Positions 54,327 to 64,000 of a DNA stretch of 64,000 bases are shown here, piece by piece (positions within the stretch are counted from its first letter, which is position 1; every line of letters starts with the position of its first letter). The notes beneath the pieces were generated by a model. The model did no database searches and was not told where the DNA came from. It saw only the letters and a program-made list of their open reading frames with translations. The DNA comes from an uncultured cyanobacterium (GTDB lineage Bacteria; Cyanobacteriota; Cyanobacteriia; Cyanobacteriales; CAWUOF01), in NCBI GenBank assembly GCA_963744145.1, contig CAVUSO010000001.1:4416001-4480000 (forward strand). The letters are read 5' to 3'. The translations under genes and the position numbers were made by a program.

Positions 54327-54734
54327 ATGCTTATTAATTGGTGGCAATTAAGTTAAGCCTGTTGTACAAGTTTGAGCTTTAAAAGGGTGTCTTTGGAGTT
54401 TTCCAAAAGTTGAAGAGTTAGAGCTTTTGTCGCTACGGAAGTCTCTGGTTTTTTAGTTTCTATTTGCGGAGTCGAGTGGGAGTCGAAGCCTTCTCGATTT
54501 CCGCCATTAATAGAAAACTTCGACTAGGTTTGTCTTAACTTATTTCTAAGTAAGCACTTTGTTGTAACCCTTCGGCTGGGGGAATGTTTTTATTCCTAGC
54601 GCGTCAGGATAGGGACACACTGCGGGTGGCGGGTGGTAGTAAGTGCCCCCCAAAGTTAGATTACTCGAAATCTACTCTTTTGTCAACAGTCACGTCTCAC
54701 ATTAATAGAAAACTTCCACTAATTTTGTCTTAAC

Positions 54735-57700
54735 GTTTCCATTCAACTAATTTCCCTAGCGAGTAGGGAGAGCAAGACTATCTGGAACAACGGATTAAGA
54801 TGATGCTTGTTTCCATTCAACTAATTTCCCTAGCGAGTAGGGAGTATAAAGGTGCCCCTGGCACCAAGCGCCTTTTGTGGTGCTAGTTTCCATTCAACTA
54901 ATTTCCCTAGCGAGTAGGGAGAATAACCCAATAACATTACGAACAGGACAAAACAAGTTTCCATTCAACTAATTTCCCTAGCGAGTAGGGAGCAGAAATC
55001 GGATGTAGAGAAAATATTCATAGACCCGGATGGTTTCCATTCAACTAATTTCCCTAGCGAGTAGGGAGCTTCTGTGTGATTGTCATTTATCTGGTGATCG
55101 CACTCGCGTTTCCATTCAACTAATTTCCCTAGCGAGTAGGGAGGAGAGCCACTTTTATTAGTAATATATTGAGAATAAGCTGTTTCCATTCAACTAATTT
55201 CCCTAGCGAGTAGGGAGATTGGAAAGCATCTTACAGAAGGCGGTGCAGCAGTAGTTTCCATTCAACTAATTTCCCTAGCGAGTAGGGAGACTACTTCCAA
55301 AGAATACGAATCCGGAAGGGTTCTCCTTGTTTCCATTCAACTAATTTCCCTAGCGAGTAGGGAGCACTGCTTACGGTCAGGGGGGAGATTTAATTCTCCC
55401 GGTTTCCATTCAACTAATTTCCCTAGCGAGTAGGGAGCCAGAATCACCGACCGCGAAAATATTGAAATCGGCGATAAGTTTCCATTCAACTAATTTCCCT
55501 AGCGAGTAGGGAGACGGATTATTCAACGGCGGTAGACGAAGAGCTTTTAGAAAGTTTCCATTCAACTAATTTCCCTAGCGAGTAGGGAGGTGCAACAACA
55601 ATCCGCACAGGTGCAACCAGCACCAACGTTTCCATTCAACTAATTTCCCTAGCGAGTAGGGAGTTGAAAAACGACCAGTTTATCGTTGTTGATTAAACTT
55701 GTTTCCATTCAACTAATTTCCCTAGCGAGTAGGGAGTCTAAAAACTGCTTATTACAACAGTTTTGTTTCAAAGTTTCCATTCAACTAATTTCCCTAGCGA
55801 GTAGGGAGTCTGCAATTACTGACAGTGGAATCGGTAAAAACTTGTTTCCATTCAACTAATTTCCCTAGCGAGTAGGGAGCTAAAAAGGTTAAATCGGCTC
55901 GAAAACAATTGGCCAAAGAGGTTTCCATTCAACTAATTTCCCTAGCGAGTAGGGAGTCAATTTGTTACGTCGCATTAGCGTCAGAGCATTTATCCGTTTC
56001 CATTCAACTAATTTCCCTAGCGAGTAGGGAGACTTTTCTGTCCAAAAGGCTTGCGTCAGCCTTAATTAAAAGTTTCCATTCAACTAATTTCCCTAGCGAG
56101 TAGGGAGTGTAGAAAATTTTGGGACTACCCCATGAGCCAAGTTTCCATTCAACTAATTTCCCTAGCGAGTAGGGAGTAGTTGGTGATTTTGGTTTAACTC
56201 CGACTAGATTAATAGTCGTTTCCATTCAACTAATTTCCCTAGCGAGTAGGGAGCCGTCTTTATGGCGGTCTGACTCAGGCGTTTATCCGGACGTTTCCAT
56301 TCAACTAATTTCCCTAGCGAGTAGGGAGTCCAGCTATAGTTTCGATTCTAGATTGGCCCTCACCCAGGTTTCCATTCAACTAATTTCCCTAGCGAGTAGG
56401 GAGGATCGCAAAAACTGTTAATCCGGTTTCCGTTCGGGATGGTTTCCATTCAACTAATTTCCCTAGCGAGTAGGGAGTTATCTCAAGGATTATATTGATC
56501 GGATCATTAAGAAGTTTCCATTCAACTAATTTCCCTAGCGAGTAGGGAGGAAATTACTGAACCTAGATGCAGAGTTACAGGAGTTAGAGAGTTTCCATTC
56601 AACTAATTTCCCTAGCGAGTAGGGAGAATAGAGATGCCTATCCTCAAAGATAAAGATAACTATCGTTTCCATTCAACTAATTTCCCTAGCGAGTAGGGAG
56701 TACACAAACTTTAGAAGAATATATTAAGACTTGTAGTTTCCATTCAACTAATTTCCCTAGCGAGTAGGGAGTGGTAAATACAAAGGTGCAGATGAATTAG
56801 GATTTAAGTTTCCATTCAACTAATTTCCCTAGCGAGTAGGGAGTGCATTAACAGGTGCGTCAATGTTCTCTATGAATAAATCAAGTTTCCATTCAACTAA
56901 TTTCCCTAGCGAGTAGGGAGTCTAAGTCAGTTATTAAGTATCCTATCTAGAAATGCGTTTCCATTCAACTAATTTCCCTAGCGAGTAGGGAGCTGTAACC
57001 GCATTGATTATACGATACATAGTAATTCTACCGTTTCCATTCAACTAATTTCCCTAGCGAGTAGGGAGTTTGTTATGTCTATATCTAAGTCTTTCTCAAA
57101 TCAAAGTTTCCATTCAACTAATTTCCCTAGCGAGTAGGGAGTAGTCTTATGTTGTAATATCTGTTTACTATCTGTAGTTGTTTCCATTCAACTAATTTCC
57201 CTAGCGAGTAGGGAGCTCGGTATGGCTAAATGATTCAATTAATAATTCAGTGTTTCCATTCAACTAATTTCCCTAGCGAGTAGGGAGTTCGCAGCAAGCC
57301 CAATCCTGATTGGGATGAAGAAATGTTTCCATTCAACTAATTTCCCTAGCGAGTAGGGAGTCTTACTCATTATTACTTCCTCTTCTTATCTTTCTTTAGT
57401 TTCCATTCAACTAATTTCCCTAGCGAGTAGGGAGAATCATTACAGAAATTATATGATTCTTTAGATATTAGTTTCCATTCAACTAATTTCCCTAGCGAGT
57501 AGGGAGCTTAACTTCAAAACCACGGGAGATAGGATATCAAGAGTTTCCATTCAACTAATTTCCCTAGCGAGTAGGGAGTTAAGGTTGGAATACATTGTTG
57601 TAGATAATCTATAACTTGTTTCCATTCAACTAATTTCCCTAGCGAGTAGGGAGATTCTAAAAGATAATTTTAGGTATTTTACTGTAGATGTGTTTCCATT

Positions 57701-59344
57701 CAACTAATTTCCCTAGCGAGTAGGGAGACTCTAAAGCCATATTGCGATCGGCATATTTAAAATTGTTTCCATTCAACTAATTTCCCTAGCGAGTAGGGAG
57801 ATTATTACTGAATCTGCAACAGTCAATGTTACTAGCGTTTCCATTCAACTAATTTCCCTAGCGAGTAGGGAGCATGGAGTGGATTCTAGTCTGATACATA
57901 TCCAACCAGGTTTCCATTCAACTAATTTCCCTAGCGAGTAGGGAGTTGAATACCGTAGTCCCAAACATTTTACTGGCAAAAGTTTCCATTCAACTAATTT
58001 CCCTAGCGAGTAGGGAGTCCTACCGCCTATCCAGTTTTCTATAATACTTATTCTCGTTTCCATTCAACTAATTTCCCTAGCGAGTAGGGAGGTAAAAAGA
58101 TAGTAATGGAATGGGATGTAGAAAAAGATGTTTCCATTCAACTAATTTCCCTAGCGAGTAGGGAGAGATTTTGACATGACTAACTCGGCTGTAACTCCAG
58201 CACGTTTCCATTCAACTAATTTCCCTAGCGAGTAGGGAGCACAGGCTGGGATAATTGGAATAACCAGGGATATAATTAGTTTCCATTCAACTAATTTCCC
58301 TAGCGAGTAGGGAGGAATGGAAAGGCACAGTAGATAAAATTGAATATTATAAGTTTCCATTCAACTAATTTCCCTAGCGAGTAGGGAGACGGAGATTAGA
58401 ACCATGAAACCAATGAACTACGAAGTTTCCATTCAACTAATTTCCCTAGCGAGTAGGGAGAAGCCAACAAGGACAGTCAATCCCTCTTAGCGGATGAGTT
58501 TCCATTCAACTAATTTCCCTAGCGAGTAGGGAGTTCCAACAGTTATCAGAAAATGAATGGTATTTATATGTTTCCATTCAACTAATTTCCCTAGCGAGTA
58601 GGGAGAAGATTACTTTACTAACGATAGAAAAAACCATGAATAGTTTCCATTCAACTAATTTCCCTAGCGAGTAGGGAGATTTTACTCGACATCTGGGATC
58701 TGGCTAAGGATCGACAAGTTTCCATTCAACTAATTTCCCTAGCGAGTAGGGAGTAGAAGTAGATATTGATATTCAAACAGTATGGAATAGTTTCCATTCA
58801 ACTAATTTCCCTAGCGAGTAGGGAGCTAGGAAAAGAATACTGGATCATGCAAGAAAGAACAGAAGTTTCCATTCAACTAATTTCCCTAGCGAGTAGGGAG
58901 TAGTGGATATGGTTATACATCTTTAAGTTTGTTTACGTTTCCATTCAACTAATTTCCCTAGCGAGTAGGGAGTTACTCAATCTACATTACCTACTACTAC
59001 TGGTACTCAATGTTTCCATTCAACTAATTTCCCTAGCGAGTAGGGAGTACTACAGTAAAAGGATCAGTAGTAGCATCATCTTTTAAGTTTCCATTCAACT
59101 AATTTCCCTAGCGAGTAGGGAGTCTTTTAGATAATTGTGATAAAAGTAATTATAAAGAAGTAGTTTCCATTCAACTAATTTCCCTAGCGAGTAGGGAGTG
59201 TAGAAAATTGTAATGATGTAGAAGAAGATTTATTTGTTTCCATTCAACTAATTTCCCTAGCGAGTAGGGAGTATCGTTCTAAGTTTAAGAGGTACCACGA
59301 TTGAGATCGTTTCCATTCAACTAATTTCCCTAGCGAGTAGGGAG
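54735..59344 (-). CRISPR. CRISPR array, 63 repeats / 62 spacers by manual count
   Basis: 36-bp repeat CTCCCTACTCGCTAGGGAAATTAGTTGAATGGAAAC (minus strand); spacers about 33-41 bp. Orientation inferred from the leader next to cas2 and the degenerate distal repeat. Confidence 0.98.
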
Positions 59345-59544
59345 AGCTTCTATTAAAACCCATATCCCGTCTAATGTCTAGAGGCAGTTTGCGAGGCTCA
59401 CCATTTTTGCTCCTAAATTTTGCTTCTACCATGCTACTCAACACCTCTCAAATCCTTATGCAGTAAGACATCGAAGCTCCCGACGGAAAAAGGTTGTTCT
59501 AGCCATTTTCGCTATCTTGCAGATTTCCCATGTTACAAAAAACC
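59345..59544 (-). promoter_or_regulatory. CRISPR leader
   Basis: 200-bp region between the cas2 stop and the first repeat. Confidence 0.75.
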
Positions 59545-59826
59545 TTAAATGACTAAAGACCCAGGAAACTGGGTGACAGGAAGCCCAACTCCCCAGATTT
59601 CCACTTGTCCCAGGGTATGTCTGGACAATGGGTAAAAACGCAGATTGTCTTCCGTTAAATTTACTCTTTCCTTAAGTCTCTGACACATTTCGTTATACTT
59701 AGTTGGTGTCAGCACAGACTCAAAGACACTGTACTGTACTCTTTTCCCGTAACCCTCTAATAAATCAGAGACTTTTTGACGACGCTTGTCGCTAGGAATA
59801 TCATAAACCACTACATAAAATAGCAT
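59545..59826 (-). CDS. cas2: CRISPR endoribonuclease Cas2
   Basis: YVVVYDI...YGKRVQYSVFE. Confidence 0.96.
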   Translation of the reverse strand: MLFYVVVYDIPSDKRRQKVSDLLEGYGKRVQYSVFESVLTPTKYNEMCQRLKERVNLTEDNLRFYPLSRHTLGQVEIWGVGLPVTQFPGSLVI

Positions 59827-60818
59827 TAGCGAATCCGATAAGGTTCATAAACCTGAATAGGGTTGTAAACAAACTGCTTAAAAGCTTTCACTTGCTGAGT
59901 CAGCAAATCCCATTTTGGCTGTTTATCTCCTGAATTAGTCTGTACTTCTTCTTCCATCCTTTGCACAAAAGCTTTCAGATATTTAGAACGTCCCGTATCA
60001 TTCAGATAACATCCACCATCCCGATAAACAAAATCATCCAATACCGATAGCATCCGACGATTTGCTAAATATAATACCAGAGAATCCACTATGGGGGTGC
60101 GAAATTCTTCGATCAAATCAGAAGCTAAGGATGCGTGTTTTTCACTTGGTTGATGAAGACAGCCAAAATAAGGATCTAGTCCCTGAATCTCGATTAAACT
60201 AAGTAAGTGATTCCAGAGAATTTGATAACCAAAACTTAGCATCGCATTCACTGGATTTCCCGGAGGTTGTCGCGATCGCCCCGCAAAGACAAAATCTTCA
60301 TGATCAAAACATTCTCCCAACCCTGAGAAATATTGAACTGCACCAGCACCTTCAAAACCCATTAACTGCTGAATATTATCGGCATTTCCAGCTTTTTCAA
60401 GTAAATGGGCTAAACTCTGAATCGCCATATCCAGACTTGCTGAATGCTGACTACGTTGCTGACGCTTCAGGAAAACGCGACTATTTTTGAGCTTTCCCTG
60501 GACAATTTTTCTAGCAACAATTAAACGGTCAATTTCTGACAATTGCTGTTGATAGCGAGCCAGTTGTCGATAGCCACGTTCAATTGGAATAATCCTACCA
60601 TAACAGAATCCCATCCGTGACAAATAAGCGATCGCAATATTGCGCCATAAACAAGTTCTAATTAACTGGGTGGTAACTTGAGACTTGCCAAAAATCAGAA
60701 TTTGGTCCAATAATGGTAACTGCATCTTTCCCAGAATATTTTCGCCTTTTTTAATCACCACAGATTCATGGTCTTGGCAAACATAACAACCTTGTTGAGA
60801 AACATAAAGAGTCCGCAT
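59826..60818 (-). CDS. cas1: CRISPR integrase Cas1 (no RT fusion)
   Basis: TLYVSQQG, GFEGAGA, PVNAMLSFGY, LASDLIEEFR. Confidence 0.96.
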   Translation of the reverse strand: MRTLYVSQQGCYVCQDHESVVIKKGENILGKMQLPLLDQILIFGKSQVTTQLIRTCLWRNIAIAYLSRMGFCYGRIIPIERGYRQLARYQQQLSEIDRLIVARKIVQGKLKNSRVFLKRQQRSQHSASLDMAIQSLAHLLEKAGNADNIQQLMGFEGAGAVQYFSGLGECFDHEDFVFAGRSRQPPGNPVNAMLSFGYQILWNHLLSLIEIQGLDPYFGCLHQPSEKHASLASDLIEEFRTPIVDSLVLYLANRRMLSVLDDFVYRDGGCYLNDTGRSKYLKAFVQRMEEEVQTNSGDKQPKWDLLTQQVKAFKQFVYNPIQVYEPYRIR

Positions 60819-61087
60819 TATTTTTGGTCTAAATCATGGCGATCGCGACGATTAATATCAGATTGACCGCGTAAAATTTGCGCTTGCTGTTCAGCAGGAG
60901 TAAGATAAACAATAATCCGATCTGAAGCAGTAGCAGTAATGTAAGTAGCCACAGTAATCAGCAAGGTATTAATAATCACTGCGGCTAATCCCAAAGGAGC
61001 GATTAAGAGAATGATCAAAGTAACCGCACCATTGACAATAGAAAGAGCAACATTGCGAATAAAAGCAGCACGAGATGAGATATACAT
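60818..61087 (-). CDS. csx18: Csx18-like small membrane protein
   Basis: Two hydrophobic helices (LLIAPLGLAAVI); directly upstream of and coupled to cas1, as in cyanobacterial type III loci. Confidence 0.75.
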   Translation of the reverse strand: MYISSRAAFIRNVALSIVNGAVTLIILLIAPLGLAAVIINTLLITVATYITATASDRIIVYLTPAEQQAQILRGQSDINRRDRHDLDQK

Positions 61088-61148
61088 GATGTTAATTGTG
61101 CTATTAAGGACATTAACTTGACAGCAGAGAGCTTGTATTTGACAGAGT

Positions 61149-62627
61149 TTAGGGTTGGTAAGAAGTTATCGCTTCTTTTAATTCTTCATGTACTCGCGAC
61201 ATAAGACTCGCTTCCTTAAGAGATGTAAACTCTTGTTCAGATACAAAATTAAGACAGCCTAAAACCCTGGCTTCCCAATTTTTTTGATTTTCAGTTTTCC
61301 AAGCTTGAAAAACCGCTTTTTTTTCCAATCCTCGCAACCGATGAAATTGCTCATTGCGAATTTTGGCAGCCTCATCCCAAACAACCGCGATATGAGGATC
61401 TGATTGCCAATGAGGTTGAGCTTGTCGCAGTAATTCATAAAGAGAGGTACTATAAAGTCCCAATCTCGACTCTTTCTGAAACCGATTTCTCATTCCTTCT
61501 GATAAATTACTTAAGTAATTAGGAAACTGATTTTTAATCGATAATTTTAGACAAGGAGAACCTCGATGAATTTCAATGTGATTCGAGTAATAATGTTCTG
61601 CCCACTCAGCAATTAATCCTTCCACAGAGCGAAAACTATGAAATAAAGCTTCAACAGTATTACTTTGCTGAAACCTGATGACTGCTAAGTAAGCAGCTTC
61701 ATAAGCTGTCCACCACCATTGACGCGATCGCACTTTTGCTTCATTATCTAAAAGAGTAGCAAAATCCTGAAAGTTGCCAATATTCCACTGAATTGCCGCG
61801 TCTAGGAGTAACTGAATTCGTCTAATAAGTTGACCATTTTCATCATCAGAGTTAGCCGTCTTATAATAACCCCTAAGCAGACGACTCACTGCTTCATAAT
61901 TATACTGTCGTAATAAAGATAGTGCCTCTTGCTGTTTCCGATCCCAGAGATAATTTGTTCCCTGGAAAGGAGGATAATATTCAGAGGGAAAACCTTGACT
62001 ATTTGTTACCTCATCTTGTTTAAAATCATAAAACAGAGAATCTTCTCCAAAGCGACTCAATGCCGTTACCCGCGATGCTTCTGAAGACTGTCCGACACCC
62101 CCTTTCAAACACAACAAAATAGGAGTATCTTCAGAAATTTCTGAAGCAATTTGTCGCCAGACTTGTTTCCACCAACGAAACATTTCTTCAAAATTAGACG
62201 GATTATACCCCTCAGCACCTTGCAAAATAATCTGAGTAGGAATGTGATAGTTACTTTCAATCCACCGCTGAATAATTTGGGCTGAGTAGAGGGTGTCTTT
62301 ATCTCGCTGTTTAACTGTTTCTAACTGATCTGTTGCTACTAAATAAACTTTTTGTAATTGTTGATGCCGATCTTGTAACAATTTCCCTAAAATAATCGGC
62401 TTGAGAGCATTTTGGTACTCTTCCCAGTTTTCCAGTAAATATTTTGTGAGAAATCGAAAATCACTGTTCTCAAACCCTAATTCAGCTTGAACTAAGGCTT
62501 GTTCGCTGATACTATTACTATCGGGAGAGCGGTCATTTCCTAAATTGTACCATTGTTCAGAAGTAACAGCAAAAGCTAGATCCCGAGTACCAATGGTAGC
62601 AACTAAAATAGATTTTGGTGTAGCCAT
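61149..62627 (-). CDS. CARF-HEPN ancillary ribonuclease (Csx1/Csm6-like)
   Basis: N-terminal ILVATIGTRD, LCLKGG (CARF-like); RNEQFH = R-x4-H. Confidence 0.7.
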   Translation of the reverse strand: MATPKSILVATIGTRDLAFAVTSEQWYNLGNDRSPDSNSISEQALVQAELGFENSDFRFLTKYLLENWEEYQNALKPIILGKLLQDRHQQLQKVYLVATDQLETVKQRDKDTLYSAQIIQRWIESNYHIPTQIILQGAEGYNPSNFEEMFRWWKQVWRQIASEISEDTPILLCLKGGVGQSSEASRVTALSRFGEDSLFYDFKQDEVTNSQGFPSEYYPPFQGTNYLWDRKQQEALSLLRQYNYEAVSRLLRGYYKTANSDDENGQLIRRIQLLLDAAIQWNIGNFQDFATLLDNEAKVRSRQWWWTAYEAAYLAVIRFQQSNTVEALFHSFRSVEGLIAEWAEHYYSNHIEIHRGSPCLKLSIKNQFPNYLSNLSEGMRNRFQKESRLGLYSTSLYELLRQAQPHWQSDPHIAVVWDEAAKIRNEQFHRLRGLEKKAVFQAWKTENQKNWEARVLGCLNFVSEQEFTSLKEASLMSRVHEELKEAITSYQP

Positions 62628-62664
62628 AGTTTTTAATTATCAAAAGTGTAGAGTGTGATCTAAG

Positions 62665-63027
62665 CTAAATCAGAGGTAAATATTCAATACGGTCTTGATA
62701 TTCATCATCAAAAGATGCGCCAGCGATCGTGATTAATTCCTCAATAATCTGACCCATACTTTGGCCAAAATCAATGACTAAAATACCTGGAATATGATGA
62801 CCTTGTGATAAGTGATCTGCGAGATGTTTTGGCATTGATTTACGATTGTTAGTCACCAGAATAAATTGATTGACTTCACACCAAATCAGAATCTCTGGGT
62901 CTAATGTTCCTTTACCAGGAACATCCAGATCGCCAATAATCCTGACGATTAATTCTGGGTTGTGCCGCACCAATTGAGTCCGATAAATAGGAGAGATATG
63001 TTCATCTAGTAAATACTTAATGGTCAT
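62665..63027 (-). CDS. DUF5615 PIN-like toxin
   Basis: YLLDEHIS, DPEIL, ILVTNN, HIPGI. Confidence 0.8.
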   Translation of the reverse strand: MTIKYLLDEHISPIYRTQLVRHNPELIVRIIGDLDVPGKGTLDPEILIWCEVNQFILVTNNRKSMPKHLADHLSQGHHIPGILVIDFGQSMGQIIEELITIAGASFDDEYQDRIEYLPLI

Positions 63028-63032
63028 GCTCT

Positions 63033-63362
63033 CTATGATGGTTGCAAGTTTGCTGTTTCTGCTTTAATTTGACGGAATCTCAATCTAGCGGGTGAGGGAT
63101 TTTCCTCTTGCTCTGCGCGGATTTTGCGAGAAAATTCTAGCCAATCAGCAAGGTAAGCACTCACCTCAGATTTGTTGTGTAAATAGTACAAAATAGTCGC
63201 ATAAATTTGCTCTAAAGTGACAGTGTGAAATTGGGTGGCAATTTCTTCAGGAGTTTTACAACGATAGATGTATTCATAGAGAATACTTTCAATACCAATC
63301 CGAGTTCCTTGAAGGCGAATATCATCAGGAGCGAGAAAATTGAAGTAGTCTTCAATCTGCAT
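63033..63362 (-). CDS. DUF433 antitoxin
   Basis: IRLQGTRIGIESIL, TPEEIA, LEQIYATILYY. Confidence 0.85.
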   Translation of the reverse strand: MQIEDYFNFLAPDDIRLQGTRIGIESILYEYIYRCKTPEEIATQFHTVTLEQIYATILYYLHNKSEVSAYLADWLEFSRKIRAEQEENPSPARLRFRQIKAETANLQPS

Positions 63363-63410
63363 AGGATAATCCTCCGAATTGTTTTAAATTAGTAAAAAAG
63401 AGATATTTTT

Positions 63411-64000
63411 TTAGGGATTGGGTGGCTGCACTCCAAATAAATGGACAGTCCCAGACATATTACTTAAGTCCTGGAGAAATTGCGATCGCACATGATTAGA
63501 ATCTGGTGTTTGTCCTCCCATAAAAAGACAGACAATCTCTTGACAATCGGTATCTTCTACCTCATTGGGAATATTCACTCTCTTAATACTTGCCCAAGAA
63601 CAATGGGCATTTGTACCGCTGGCAGCATTACCACCAATATCAGGATTTCGCTTGTAATTTCGCGGGGGAGTTTCTTGATAAATAATATACATTCCATCAC
63701 CGCGTGTTTCTTCAGCGCGTGTTTCTTTCCATGCAATATTTGCAGTAGACACAGGATCGGCATCTGGGCCTGGAACAGCATAAACAGCACAAGTTGTCGG
63801 AGAAAAAATTTCCCAAGCTTGCTGTTGATTAATTCCTACTGCTACTCTAGTTGACCATTTGCTTTGGACAGCAGCTAGCCACTCTTGATAATCTGTATTC
63901 CAGCTATTTGTATCGAACTGTAAGCGAAATGTTTTATTTTCTAACTCATTAGTTTTAGAGTTTCTAACTTTGTGAGTCAAAATTAAATGCGTCCCTCGTG
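63411..64000 (-). CDS. 3' part of a gene running off the window; possibly a type III RAMP (Cmr) subunit
   Basis: The frame is open to the window edge (RGTHLILTHK...). The assignment rests mainly on context. Confidence 0.4.
   Translation of the reverse strand, partial: RGTHLILTHKVRNSKTNELENKTFRLQFDTNSWNTDYQEWLAAVQSKWSTRVAVGINQQQAWEIFSPTTCAVYAVPGPDADPVSTANIAWKETRAEETRGDGMYIIYQETPPRNYKRNPDIGGNAASGTNAHCSWASIKRVNIPNEVEDTDCQEIVCLFMGGQTPDSNHVRSQFLQDLSNMSGTVHLFGVQPPNP

Noticed and set aside
54593..54616. Weak resemblance to the CRISPR repeat (TTCCTAGCG...TAGGGA), a possible anti-repeat
   Set aside because: Short, gapped and in the same orientation; compatible with chance.
56108..59235. Two spacers starting TGTAGAAAATT
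   Set aside because: Only 11 nt are shared, so they are not duplicates. No self-targeting of window genes was seen by eye (not exhaustive).
54965..59444. Short ORFs within the array (PYSLGKLVEWK repeats)
   Set aside because: They are translations of CRISPR repeats and leader.
59826..60818. Possible RT-Cas1 explaining the spacer strand bias
   Set aside because: Cas1 is 330 aa with no RT domain, and there is no RT in the window.

Overview
Cyanobacterial chromosomal window (frequent HIP1 GCGATCGC, low GC). 0-6 kb: trmD, ispF, two peptide/nickel ABC substrate-binding proteins and larB. 6-20 kb: a defence-type cluster with a HEPN/MNT pair, a caspase-NB-ARC-TPR gene, an SphI-like HNH restriction enzyme with two methyltransferases, a YqjG-like GST and Uma2 nucleases. 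Three of these genes are each split by a different IS, and each frame is restored exactly when the IS is removed. 20-32 kb: a TPR-glycosyltransferase and a 5'-truncated three-module NRPS with three +1 frameshifts. 33-52 kb: fdhF-like/fdhD, bestrophin, dacB, a CrfC-like dynamin, two histidine kinases (one coupled to a di-heme peroxidase), an O-antigen ligase, a SWIM protein and many small nested mobile repeats. 52-64 kb: a type III-like CRISPR locus with 63 identical 36-bp repeats, cas2, cas1, csx18, a CARF-HEPN gene and a DUF433/DUF5615 pair. The leader-distal end of the array carries a 506-bp structured insert, then a degenerate repeat abutting a repeat/TPR gene. Product calls come from motif recognition only; no database searches were run.
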